Assembly: GCA_035654855.1 (NCBI GenBank) | Contig: DASRVY010000028.1 | Span: 1-38,777 of the forward strand | Direction: 5' to 3' | Origin: Bacillota bacterium | GTDB lineage: Bacteria; Bacillota; Clostridia; Saccharofermentanales; DTU023 | DNA length: 38,777 bases | Shown: positions 1 to 8,682 of the stretch, piece by piece | Position numbering within the stretch: position 1 is the first letter of the stretch | Layout of the letters: every line of letters begins with the position of its first letter | The notes under the pieces: model-generated | What the model was told of the DNA's origin: nothing | What the model saw: only the letters and a program-made list of their open reading frames with translations | Databases searched by the model: none | Translations under genes and position numbers: made by a program

Positions 1-1020
1 ATGATCATAGGCGTGCCTGCGATTTTTGACGCTTTTTACAATCGTATTCAAGCTGTGCTCAAAAAAGAAAAGAAAGAGAAGCTGGTGCGGCGCATGATCA
101 AACTGTCCCGCGGCTTGCGTAAGATTGGGATTGACCTCCGAAGAGTCTTTTTTAAAGATGTTTTGGCGGCATTTGGCGGCAGATTATGGATAGGTATTGC
201 CGGGGGAGCAGCCATGAACGAAGAAGTAATTGTCTTCTTTGAGGATGTCGGCTTTAGAATTCTGGAAGGCTATGGTCTCACTGAGACTGCGCCTGTAGCA
301 GCCGGTTGTAATTTGCGTCTCTTCAAGCCCGGAACTGTCGGGCATCCATTGACAGGCATTGAAATTGCCATAGACGGCGAAGACCCTAATGAACCGGGGG
401 AAATACTGATCCGCGGACCAATCTTGATGAACAGCTATCTGAACGATCCCGCGGCTACCGCTGAAGCTATAGATGAAGATGGCTGGTTTCACTCAGGAGA
501 TCTGGGGATAATCAATCCTAAAAACGGCACGATCAAAATAACAGGACGTCTGAAGTCAATGATTGTGCTTGAATCCGGAAAGAAAATCTTCCCCGAGGAG
601 ATTGAATCAGCTCTGAAGGGTTATGAATTCATCAAGGAAACAATGGTTTACGGTTTAAAGGACAACAGAGGAGGCACGATCGTCAGTGCTAAGATCGTGC
701 TTGATGAGGAAAAACTGGAAGCTCTGAAGAAGCAAGGAGATAATCTGACAGTCCGGGAGCGCTTGGACGAGGTGATTCAAAAGATCAATGCCCAGATGCC
801 GACATTTAAATCAATTAAGACTTACTTTTATGGTACCGGTGAAATGGTCAAGACGACCACGATGAAGATCAAACGCAATGTTGAGATAGATAATATAAAA
901 AAGTTTATGCAGAAACATAAACTGAGCTGGACTGACATGAACAGGCTAAATTGGGATGAGATTGAATCAGCGGAGGAGGAAGAGCTGTTAGATCTAATCC
1001 ATGAACAGATCAGCAATTGA
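1..1020 (+). CDS. AMP-dependent acyl-CoA synthetase / long-chain fatty-acid--CoA ligase, C-terminal part (5' end lies outside the window)
   Basis: The frame is open from base 1. Motifs EGYGLTETAP, GEILIRGPILMNSY, GWFHSGDLG and ITGRLKSMIVLESGKKIFPEEIE match the adenylate-forming (ANL) superfamily core of FadD-like ligases. Confidence 0.85.
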   Translation: MIIGVPAIFDAFYNRIQAVLKKEKKEKLVRRMIKLSRGLRKIGIDLRRVFFKDVLAAFGGRLWIGIAGGAAMNEEVIVFFEDVGFRILEGYGLTETAPVAAGCNLRLFKPGTVGHPLTGIEIAIDGEDPNEPGEILIRGPILMNSYLNDPAATAEAIDEDGWFHSGDLGIINPKNGTIKITGRLKSMIVLESGKKIFPEEIESALKGYEFIKETMVYGLKDNRGGTIVSAKIVLDEEKLEALKKQGDNLTVRERLDEVIQKINAQMPTFKSIKTYFYGTGEMVKTTTMKIKRNVEIDNIKKFMQKHKLSWTDMNRLNWDEIESAEEEELLDLIHEQISN

Positions 1021-1033
1021 TCATGAGTTTGAC

Positions 1034-2065
1034 ATGGAAAGAAAAAACAAAAAAGCAATGGTACAGGAGGGCGCCTCAGGCAATGACAGTGGAATTGCAG
1101 CCGGTGGTGAGAGCGGCCGGCAAAAATCAGCGCTGAAAAACAGCAAATCCGGGATCATGGGCGTTTTGTTCCGGATAGGCGTCAAACTCAATAAATTTAA
1201 ATTCTTCTCTATTCTCTTTGCCTGGATTAAGAGATTGGCTCAAGACCGAGTAAACTTGGTCAGTGCTCAACTGGCATATTTTCTTGTCTTATCATTTTTC
1301 CCCTTTACAATTTTTTTGCTTAGTGTCCTAAGCTATTCTCGTTTTGGACAGGCAGATATTTTGTTTCAACATCTGACATTGCTGCCTTCTGCTTCTGCAG
1401 ATTTTCTCCAGAACATCATTATGGATATTGTCAACAGCAAAAGCACTGCCTTGTTATCGTCTTCATTTATTTTGACTTTATGGTCCAGCTCAACCGGCAT
1501 GAAAAATTTATTAAATTCCATGACCAAAACCTTTAATAAAGGTGAGGACAGGCGTCCAATCTGGTGGTCACGCCTGGTAGCGCTGGCAGCGACTGTTCTT
1601 TTAGTTGCGTTGATTACTTTAATGCTGGTCAGCCAAGTTTTTAGCGGCTTGATTTATTCTTATTTGTCAGATTATTTTTCCTGGGGAGACCTCGCTGAGA
1701 CAATCTGGAATTATATGCTTATTTTGGTCCCGTTAATTGTTTTATCACTGGGACTGGCGATGCTTTACCGTTATGGTCCATATTTTCCCAAAGACAAACG
1801 CCTTAAATTTAGCAAAGCCTGGGTGGGCGGGGTTGTAGCCAGTGTAAGCTGGATACTCTTTTCTTATCTGTTCAGTATATATGTAACAAATTTCTCCAAC
1901 TATGCCGTTGTCTATGGCTCTCTGGGCGCCATAATTGTGCTGCTGTTATGGCTTTATTTCAGCGCTTTTTGTATCATGGCCGGCTCAGTTTTCGCCTCGG
2001 TTTTACAGGATCGAAGTCAAGGGGAGCAGAGCGTGACCATTTCGGCAGGTTTGGAAGATCCTTAG
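1034..2065 (+). CDS. YihY/BrkB family membrane protein
   Basis: Polytopic hydrophobic protein with YihY-type segments (AQLAYFLVLSFFPF, YGSLGAIIVLLLWLYFSAFCIMAGSVF). The start is uncertain: in-frame ATGs at 1001 (overlaps the upstream gene by 20 nt), 1034 and 1058, none with a clear SD. Confidence 0.75.
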   Translation: MERKNKKAMVQEGASGNDSGIAAGGESGRQKSALKNSKSGIMGVLFRIGVKLNKFKFFSILFAWIKRLAQDRVNLVSAQLAYFLVLSFFPFTIFLLSVLSYSRFGQADILFQHLTLLPSASADFLQNIIMDIVNSKSTALLSSSFILTLWSSSTGMKNLLNSMTKTFNKGEDRRPIWWSRLVALAATVLLVALITLMLVSQVFSGLIYSYLSDYFSWGDLAETIWNYMLILVPLIVLSLGLAMLYRYGPYFPKDKRLKFSKAWVGGVVASVSWILFSYLFSIYVTNFSNYAVVYGSLGAIIVLLLWLYFSAFCIMAGSVFASVLQDRSQGEQSVTISAGLEDP

Positions 2066-2182
2066 GGAAACCGGAGCGGAGAATGATACAATAAATGACA
2101 AATTGACCGATACGTGCAATGCTCACACATCAGAGGCATTAAACAGACAAGACAACACAGTGTGTAAACAGGAGGAATACTG

Positions 2183-3277
2183 ATGGGGAAAATAATTCTT
2201 ACGGGAGACCGCCCGACCGGACGCCTGCATCTGGGGCATTATGTCGGTTCGCTCAGAGGCAGGATTGAACTGCAAAATTCCGGTGACTTCTCTGAGATTT
2301 ATATAATGATCGCGGATGCTCAGGCCTTGACTGACAATGCTGAAGATCCGGGTAAGATCAGAGACAGCATTCTTGAGGTAGCTCTTGATTATTTAGCGGC
2401 AGGCATAGATCCGGAAAAGTCCACCATTCTCATCCAGTCACAAATATCGGAGCTCTTTGAGCTGACCTGCTATTATATGAATCTGGTTACGGTGGCCCGC
2501 CTGGAACGAAACCCCACGGTCAAGACTGAGATTAAAATGCGCGCCTTTGATCAGAGCATTCCGGTAGGCTTCTTTACATATCCTATCAGTCAGGCTGCAG
2601 ATATAACCGCCTTCCAAGCTACGACAGTTCCTGTAGGTGAAGATCAGGCTCCTATGCTGGAGCAGACTCGCGAGATTGTACATAAATTCAATTCGGTTTA
2701 TGGTGACACTCTTGTGATGCCTGACATTCTGTTGCCCGAAAAGAAAATCTGGTCACGTTTGCCGGGTACTGACGGTAAGGCTAAAATGTCCAAGTCCCTG
2801 GGCAATTGCATTTATTTGTCAGACTCGGCGGACGAAGTCAGACAGAAGGTCCGCAGCATGTACACGGATCCTGACCACGTACAAGTTTCCGACCCGGGCA
2901 AAATTGAAGGGAATGTGGTTTTCACCTATCTGGATGCTTTTGCCGCTGATCGGCACTTTGCTGACTTTTTACCGGAATATAATAATTTGGCAGAATTGAA
3001 GGCGCATTATCAGAGAGGCGGTCTGGGAGATGTTAAGGTCAAGAAATTCCTGACGCAAGTTTTGGAGACTGAACTGTGCCCTATCAGGGAGCGGCGTCTG
3101 AAATGGCGGGAGAACATACCTGAGGTTATAGATATACTGGAAGCCGGCACTGCCAAAGCCAGGAGCAAGGCGGCAAATACTCTGCAAGCTGTGAGGACAG
3201 CCATGAAGATTGATTATTTCGGGCAAAATCCTCTTATCGAAGCTTTTACTGATACAAAAGATTTGCCCGATCGCTGA
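2183..3277 (+). CDS. trpS: tryptophan--tRNA ligase
   Basis: Class I aaRS signatures: HIGH-like [12 protein letters not shown] near the N-terminus and KMSKS ([11 protein letters not shown]). The 364-aa length and overall layout fit TrpRS. Strong SD (AGGAGG) lies 7 nt upstream of the ATG. Confidence 0.9.
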   Translation: MGKIILTGDRPTGRLHLGHYVGSLRGRIELQNSGDFSEIYIMIADAQALTDNAEDPGKIRDSILEVALDYLAAGIDPEKSTILIQSQISELFELTCYYMNLVTVARLERNPTVKTEIKMRAFDQSIPVGFFTYPISQAADITAFQATTVPVGEDQAPMLEQTREIVHKFNSVYGDTLVMPDILLPEKKIWSRLPGTDGKAKMSKSLGNCIYLSDSADEVRQKVRSMYTDPDHVQVSDPGKIEGNVVFTYLDAFAADRHFADFLPEYNNLAELKAHYQRGGLGDVKVKKFLTQVLETELCPIRERRLKWRENIPEVIDILEAGTAKARSKAANTLQAVRTAMKIDYFGQNPLIEAFTDTKDLPDR

Positions 3278-3295
3278 GTATTATCAAATTTATCT

Positions 3296-3316
3296 CTGAT
3301 CGGACTGCCCGGTCAG
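3296..3316 (+). terminator. hairpin downstream of trpS (weak terminator candidate)
   Basis: CTGATCGG-ACTGC-CCGGTCAG forms an 8-bp stem with one G-U pair, 19 nt after the trpS stop. It is followed by TTAAGGG, a poor U-tract. A second bulged hairpin (3331-3354) abuts the SD of the next gene. Confidence 0.3.
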
Positions 3317-3373
3317 TTAAGGGCGCACTGGCAGGTCAGTAAAGAGCTGACTGCTCTAAAGGAGTTTGTTTAA

Positions 3374-4324
3374 GTGAGCATGAAAAGACGTCAAGCGGGA
3401 GCTGTTTTTATAACCCTGATCACTTGTGTGATATGGGGTTTTAGTTTTATGTTTACACGCAGCGTTGTTGTGCGTATTCCTATCTTCAGCCTCCTCAGTT
3501 GGCGTTTCCTCATCGCATTGCTTGCTTTTTTGGCTCTAATTGCCTTAAAAGTCCTTAAGATCAATCTCAAAGGCAAGAAACTTTTTCCACTGCTGAAAAT
3601 TGCGATTGCAGAACCGGTTGTTTTCTTTATTGCGGAATCTATCGCTATTCAACGCACTTCAGCTACTGAGACCAGTCTGATGATCGCTACAATTCCCATT
3701 GTAGCCATGATCGTTGGCATCCCTATTGCTAAACAAATTCCTGCCGGAAAACAAGCGCTGTCTATTATTTTATCGGTAGTTGGCGTAATGGCGGTAATTT
3801 TGGGACAAAGTATAGAAGGGATAAGTTTTGATTTTATCGGCTACTTTTTTATGTTGACTGCCGTCTTTAGCGGAGCAGTCTTCTCAGCTCTGTCGGCAAA
3901 ACATGACGAGTATTCCAGCGTTGAGAAGTCGCTGGCAATGATGGTTGTCGGCTGTATAGTTTTTGGCAGTGCGGCCCTTATACAGAATATTGCCGCGGGA
4001 ACAGTGAAAGAATGGCTGATGCTGCCCTTTCAGGACAAGGAGTTTTTGCTTGCGATCCTATACCTGGGTTTGTTAGCTTCTGTTGTCTGCTATGTGGGGC
4101 AAAATTACAGTATTGCGGTCATAGGAATGAACCGCAGTGTATCTTTCTCCGGTGTGTCGACGCTGACATCTGTCCTGGCAGGTGTCTTTATTCTGCAGGA
4201 GGAAATTAATGCCAGCATGATAATCGGCGGCATCATTATTTTGGCCGGTGTCTACGGGGCGAATTATTTTACACCCGAAAAAGAAAAAACCAAAGAGAGT
4301 TTGCATGAAAAACAATCAGGCTAA
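3374..4324 (+). CDS. EamA/DMT superfamily transporter (paralog 1)
   Basis: About ten hydrophobic spans and the two-repeat EamA architecture. The GTG start lies 8 nt after AAAGGAG; an alternative ATG is at 3380. Confidence 0.85.
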   Translation: MSMKRRQAGAVFITLITCVIWGFSFMFTRSVVVRIPIFSLLSWRFLIALLAFLALIALKVLKINLKGKKLFPLLKIAIAEPVVFFIAESIAIQRTSATETSLMIATIPIVAMIVGIPIAKQIPAGKQALSIILSVVGVMAVILGQSIEGISFDFIGYFFMLTAVFSGAVFSALSAKHDEYSSVEKSLAMMVVGCIVFGSAALIQNIAAGTVKEWLMLPFQDKEFLLAILYLGLLASVVCYVGQNYSIAVIGMNRSVSFSGVSTLTSVLAGVFILQEEINASMIIGGIIILAGVYGANYFTPEKEKTKESLHEKQSG

Positions 4325-5252
4325 AGCTATTGCCGCTACTATAATAACCCGTGTGATCTGGGGTTTTAGTTTCCTGTTTACACGTACTATTGTCGTCCGT
4401 ATTCATTTCCTCAATCTGCTTAGCTGGAGATTTTTCTTTGCTTTTCTGACGTTCTTGATTCTAATCGTCTTCAAAGTATTTAAAATTGATCTGAAAGGCA
4501 AAAAACTCTTGCCTCTGATAGCAATCGCAATTGCCGAGCCGTTGTTTTTTTTCACCTTTGAATCGATTGGGCTGTACCATACTACAGCTTCTGAAACCAG
4601 TCTTCTGATCGCCACGATCCCCATCGCCGCCATGATTATCGGCATTCCTGTGGCAAAGCAGATCCCTGCCAAAAAGCAGGCGTTTTCTATTGTTATGACA
4701 GTTGTTGGCGTGCTGATAATAGTGCTTGGCCAAAGCGCCGGTGGCATCGAGTTTGATATCTTAGGCTATCTGGTGCTGATTGCTGCGGTTTTCAGTGCCG
4801 CAGTGTGCTATTCTCTCTCAGCAAAATATTGTGAATACAGCAGCGCGGAGAAGACATTTGTCATGATGCTGGTCGGAGCCATTGGCTTTGGCAGCGCAGC
4901 TCTGGCGCGTAATATTGCTGCAGGGACGATTTCGGAATGGCTGATGCTTCCTTTTCGCGACAGTGAGTTTTTGATCGCTGTTTTATATTTAGGTGTGCTC
5001 TCTTCTGTTATTGCCTATGTCGGTCAGCACTACAGTATTTCAGTGCTCGGTTTGAACAGAAATGTATCTTTTTCAAGTCTGACAACTCTGACAACGGTCT
5101 TGGCCGGAGTATTTATTTTAAACGAGAAGATTAATTTCAATATGATAATTGGCGGTATTGTAATTTTAGCGGGTGTTTATGGCGCGAATTATTTTACGCC
5201 GCAAAGAGAAAGCCTCAAGTCGAAAAAACGACAGGACTCACAACTGCTATAA
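4305..5252 (+). CDS. EamA/DMT superfamily transporter (paralog 2)
   Basis: Collinear, gap-free similarity to the upstream EamA protein, roughly 60% identity by eye. The N-termini align when the ATG at 4305 (MKNNQAKA...) is used rather than the track start at 4248. It overlaps the paralog 1 stop by 20 nt. Confidence 0.85.
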   Translation: MKNNQAKAIAATIITRVIWGFSFLFTRTIVVRIHFLNLLSWRFFFAFLTFLILIVFKVFKIDLKGKKLLPLIAIAIAEPLFFFTFESIGLYHTTASETSLLIATIPIAAMIIGIPVAKQIPAKKQAFSIVMTVVGVLIIVLGQSAGGIEFDILGYLVLIAAVFSAAVCYSLSAKYCEYSSAEKTFVMMLVGAIGFGSAALARNIAAGTISEWLMLPFRDSEFLIAVLYLGVLSSVIAYVGQHYSISVLGLNRNVSFSSLTTLTTVLAGVFILNEKINFNMIIGGIVILAGVYGANYFTPQRESLKSKKRQDSQLL

Positions 5253-5276
5253 TGATAGTCGGATTATTAAAAGATT

Positions 5277-5456
5277 ATGGCGAAATCAAAGCAGAAAAAA
5301 CAATTGAAATGGTCAAATAACAGCATTTGGCTTCCCAGGGTAATTGCTCTGCTGATAGCAGTGGGCTTCATTGTGGCGGGGGTTAACCGCCAGGAAGTAC
5401 GTACAGTTTTAGTTAAAGCGATCCGGGTCTGCTTGGAATGCATAGGTCTCAGTTAA
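5277..5456 (+). CDS. small membrane CXXC-motif protein (59 aa), resembles the CD1871A-type family of Clostridia
   Basis: It is not in the supplied track because it is 59 aa, just under the cutoff. Hand translation: MAKSKQKKQLKWSNNSIWLPRVIALLIAVGFIVAGVNRQEVRTVLVKAIRVCLECIGLS. It has a basic N-terminus, one TM helix and a C-terminal CLEC motif. Its stop is 2 nt before the ATG of the polyferredoxin gene. No obvious SD. Confidence 0.6.
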   Translation: MAKSKQKKQLKWSNNSIWLPRVIALLIAVGFIVAGVNRQEVRTVLVKAIRVCLECIGLS

Positions 5457-5458
5457 TT

Positions 5459-6361
5459 ATGGGCAAGAAGGTGAAAAGACGACATTTGATTCAGGCAGTA
5501 GGAGCGCTGGCTGTCAATGGCAACCTTAAAGGCTTTGTCAGCGGTAATATTTATACCGGTAACAGCAAACAAATCTGTTTGCCGGTACTTAATTGCTATT
5601 CATGCCCGGGCGCGCTTACCTCTTGTCCGATTGGCTCGCTGCAAGCGGTCAATAATCATCCCGGTTTTAATTTTAGTTTTTATGTAGCGGGATTATTAGC
5701 GATATTCGGGATTTTGGCGGGCAGATTTTATTGTGGCTGGCTGTGTCCTTTTGGCTTTCTGCAAGATCTGTTAGCTAAAATAAAAAAGAAAAAAATTACG
5801 CCGAAGTTAGATCGGACCTTGCGTTATCTGAAATACGTGATCCTGATTCTTTTTGTCCTTTTGCTGCCGGCAATTTTAGTCAATGAGTATAACATGGGGG
5901 CGCCGCTGTTTTGCAAATATATTTGTCCTGCCGGCACAATACAGGCTTCTTTGCCTCTGCTTCTGGTCAATAGCGGACTAAGATCCCTGGTCGGCGTCAT
6001 TTTTTCCTGGAAGCTGCTGCTGGCAATAATTACGGTGGCTGCATCAATTTTCATTACACGCGCCTTTTGCCGCTATATTTGTCCTCTGGGAGCTATTTTG
6101 GGCATTTTTCATCCTATCAGCTTTTATCGTTTTGGCCTGGATGCGACTAAGTGTATCGATTGCGGCATGTGCGCCAAGGTTTGCCCGATGGATATTAACC
6201 CTATTACCGAGCATAACAGCCCTGAATGTATTAGGTGCCGAAATTGTATTAATGTTTGTCCCACAACAGCGCTAAACAGTAATTTCGCCGGATTCTCCAT
6301 ACCGAATGCCAGATTAAAAGCAGCAAAGCGCGCGCAAGGCAAAAAGTCTGAACAAGCGTAG
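5459..6361 (+). CDS. membrane-bound 4Fe-4S polyferredoxin (NapH/MauN-like)
   Basis: Repeated Cys motifs: CYSCPGALTSCP, CGWLCPFG, CKYICPAG and CRYICPLG. There are two classical ferredoxin motifs, CIDCGMCAKVCP and CIRCRNCINVCP, plus several TM helices. The ATG at 5459 (MGKKVKRR) is preferred over the track start at 5438, which would overlap the micro-ORF. Confidence 0.85.
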   Translation: MGKKVKRRHLIQAVGALAVNGNLKGFVSGNIYTGNSKQICLPVLNCYSCPGALTSCPIGSLQAVNNHPGFNFSFYVAGLLAIFGILAGRFYCGWLCPFGFLQDLLAKIKKKKITPKLDRTLRYLKYVILILFVLLLPAILVNEYNMGAPLFCKYICPAGTIQASLPLLLVNSGLRSLVGVIFSWKLLLAIITVAASIFITRAFCRYICPLGAILGIFHPISFYRFGLDATKCIDCGMCAKVCPMDINPITEHNSPECIRCRNCINVCPTTALNSNFAGFSIPNARLKAAKRAQGKKSEQA

Positions 6362-6367
6362 AAACAG

Positions 6368-6398
6368 GCCGGTGAATGATATTGTTTAATTCACCGGC
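6368..6398 (+). terminator. perfect 10-bp hairpin after the polyferredoxin gene
   Basis: GCCGGTGAAT-(11 nt)-ATTCACCGGC, 7 nt after the stop codon. It lacks a U-tract and is followed by AGACTATATAAT. Confidence 0.4.
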
Positions 6399-6490
6399 AG
6401 ACTATATAATATTATTCGCATGTTTAATCGGGGAAGTGATAATGCTGCCCCTTTTTGGACAATAAACAATTATTGAGCGGGGGTTAGCTA

Positions 6491-8563
6491 ATGAAACAAT
6501 ACCAAGCAGCTGATATCAGAAACATTGCCTTGGCAGGTCATGGCGGAGCGGGAAAAACAGCTTTTATTGAAGCAGCATTATATAATTCGGGAGTTATTGA
6601 GCGGATGGGCAGGAGCGATGAAGGCAATACCGTTACTGACTTTGACGCTGAAGAAATACGCCGTGGGATGACTATAAATCTATCTTATGCCGCTGTCGAA
6701 TGGCAGGGTAAGAAAATTAATCTGATCGATACGCCGGGTGATTTTGACTTTCTTGGCGAGCAGATTCAGGGCTTCAGGGTCTGTGATTCTATTATGATCG
6801 TCATGAGCGCTAAAGATGGCCTTGCTGTGGGCGCTGAAAAAGCAGTGCGCCAGGCTGAGAAGCAAAACCGGCCGATATCTTTTTTCATTAACCGTCTGGA
6901 TGAACCTAACGCAAGTTTTGATAAAACGCTTGAAGCCCTGCAAGAAGCGTACGGAAGCAAAATTGTGCCCTTAGCTCTGCCCATTGTTGAAGGGGAGAAT
7001 GTGACAGGCTTGATTGATGTTTTGGCAAAACAAGCTTACACATACGCAGATAAAGGCAAAATGGATAAAACTGAAATTCCTGCCGCCCTGTCTGACACCA
7101 TTGATCAGTTTTACGATCAATTGCAAGAACAAATCGCTGAGAGCGATGAAGATTTGATGATGAAGTATTTCGAGGGCGAAGCCTTTACAGCCCAGGAGCA
7201 AAATTCCGGATTAAGTCATGCTATCTTGACAGGTTCAATCTGGCCGGTTTTCGCAGGGGCGGCACAGCACAATCTTGGCGTAAGTTTCGCCTTGGATGCT
7301 ATTGCCAACTTCATGCCGACACCGCTGGATACACCGCCGGTTAAAGCTATTGTTAATGGAGTGGAAGAAGAGCTCGCCATTGATCCCGACAACAAACTGG
7401 CGGCCTATATCTTTAAGACTATTGTTGATCCGTTTGTAGGACGTATCTCAATGTTTAAGGTCTATCAAGGCACTTTCCCCGGCACGGGACAAATCTACAA
7501 TGCAAACAAAGAAACAGACGAGCGCGTCAATGGTCTCTCTTATCTCAGAGGCAAGAAACAAGTATCAACTGAAAAGATTGTCGCAGGCGATATAGGAGCA
7601 GTGACAAAACTGGGCGACAGCGAGACCAACGATACCCTCTGCGGCGGCGGCAAAGTAAAAATCGTACCGCCGGTCATGCCCCGTCCCAGTCTTACGATGG
7701 CAATTTCTCCCGTTACAGACGGTGAAGAAGATAAAATTATGCAAGGACTGCTTAGGATAGCAGATGAAGACACAGCCTTCACGATTGAGAATAATCCTGA
7801 GACCAAACAACTTCTCTTATCCGGTCTGGGCGAAGTTCAGCTGGATGTCCTGACCAATAAACTAAAAGCGAAATTTGGTGTAGAATCAGTTCTTTCTGAG
7901 CCTCGAGTTGCCTACCGTGAAACAATCAAGAAACAAGTCAAGGTACAGGGACGCCACAAAAAGCAGACGGGTGGCCACGGTCAGTTTGGCGATGTGTGGA
8001 TCATCTTTGAGCCTGCTGAATCAGATGGGCTTGTCTTTGAGGAACAGATCGTTGGCGGAGTAGTTCCTAAAGGATATTTCCCCGCAGTAGAAAAAGGGCT
8101 CCTGGAAGCGATTGAGGAGGGACCTTTAGCCGGTTATCCCGTCGTAGGGATCAAAGCGACCTTAGTGGACGGTTCCTATCATGCGGTTGACTCTAATGAA
8201 ATGTCCTTTAAATTAGCTGCGCGCTTAGCCTATAGAGCGGGCTTGCCCCTAGCTAATCCGGTTTTATTGGAGCCAATCAGCAAGCTGTCAGTCCACATTC
8301 CGGATGACTATCTGGGCGATGTGATGGGCGACATGAATAAGCGCCGCGGAAGAATTTTGGGCATCAACCCTGACAGCGAAAATTACGGTTTTCAAATTGT
8401 GGAAGCGGAGGCGCCGACATCTGAAGTCTTGAGATATTCTACCGATCTAAAATCAATGACTCAGGGGCGCGGTTGGTATAATATCGAGTTCGCCCGTTAT
8501 GAGCAGGCTCCGCAATTTGTTGCTGAAAAGGTCATCGCAGAAGCACAGCGCGAAGAAGAGTAA
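6491..8563 (+). CDS. elongation factor G paralog (translational GTPase family) with non-canonical G motifs
   Basis: The 690-aa protein is collinear with EF-G domains I-V. It has a P-loop GHGGAGKT, switch I RGMTI, G3 DTPGDFDF (canonical DTPGHVDF) and G4 NRLD (canonical NKxD). The C-terminal domain IV/V region (HAVDSNEMSFKLAARLAYR) is EF-G-like. Confidence 0.85.
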   Translation: MKQYQAADIRNIALAGHGGAGKTAFIEAALYNSGVIERMGRSDEGNTVTDFDAEEIRRGMTINLSYAAVEWQGKKINLIDTPGDFDFLGEQIQGFRVCDSIMIVMSAKDGLAVGAEKAVRQAEKQNRPISFFINRLDEPNASFDKTLEALQEAYGSKIVPLALPIVEGENVTGLIDVLAKQAYTYADKGKMDKTEIPAALSDTIDQFYDQLQEQIAESDEDLMMKYFEGEAFTAQEQNSGLSHAILTGSIWPVFAGAAQHNLGVSFALDAIANFMPTPLDTPPVKAIVNGVEEELAIDPDNKLAAYIFKTIVDPFVGRISMFKVYQGTFPGTGQIYNANKETDERVNGLSYLRGKKQVSTEKIVAGDIGAVTKLGDSETNDTLCGGGKVKIVPPVMPRPSLTMAISPVTDGEEDKIMQGLLRIADEDTAFTIENNPETKQLLLSGLGEVQLDVLTNKLKAKFGVESVLSEPRVAYRETIKKQVKVQGRHKKQTGGHGQFGDVWIIFEPAESDGLVFEEQIVGGVVPKGYFPAVEKGLLEAIEEGPLAGYPVVGIKATLVDGSYHAVDSNEMSFKLAARLAYRAGLPLANPVLLEPISKLSVHIPDDYLGDVMGDMNKRRGRILGINPDSENYGFQIVEAEAPTSEVLRYSTDLKSMTQGRGWYNIEFARYEQAPQFVAEKVIAEAQREEE

Positions 8564-8682
8564 TAAGTAATAATGCAAAGCGACTGTCAATAGCGCAGAC
8601 AGGCACATATTTTATTGTTACTTAGGAGATTAGGTGACAGAACAGGCTCAGGCTGACCCCGGGGGGGAATCCCCTAATATCT

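Noticed and set aside
2066-2182. A possible T-box leader upstream of trpS, which is common for Firmicute trpS.
   Set aside because: The spacer is only 117 nt. It has no GGGUGGUACCGCG-like T-box sequence, no terminator/antiterminator pair and no obvious UGG specifier context, so it is too short for a T-box.
4248-4304. The longer track starts for EamA paralog 2 (4248) and for the polyferredoxin (5438).
   Set aside because: Alignment of the two EamA paralogs supports the ATG at 4305. The 5438 start would overlap the CXXC micro-ORF and adds only MHRSQLI before a well-placed ATG at 5459.
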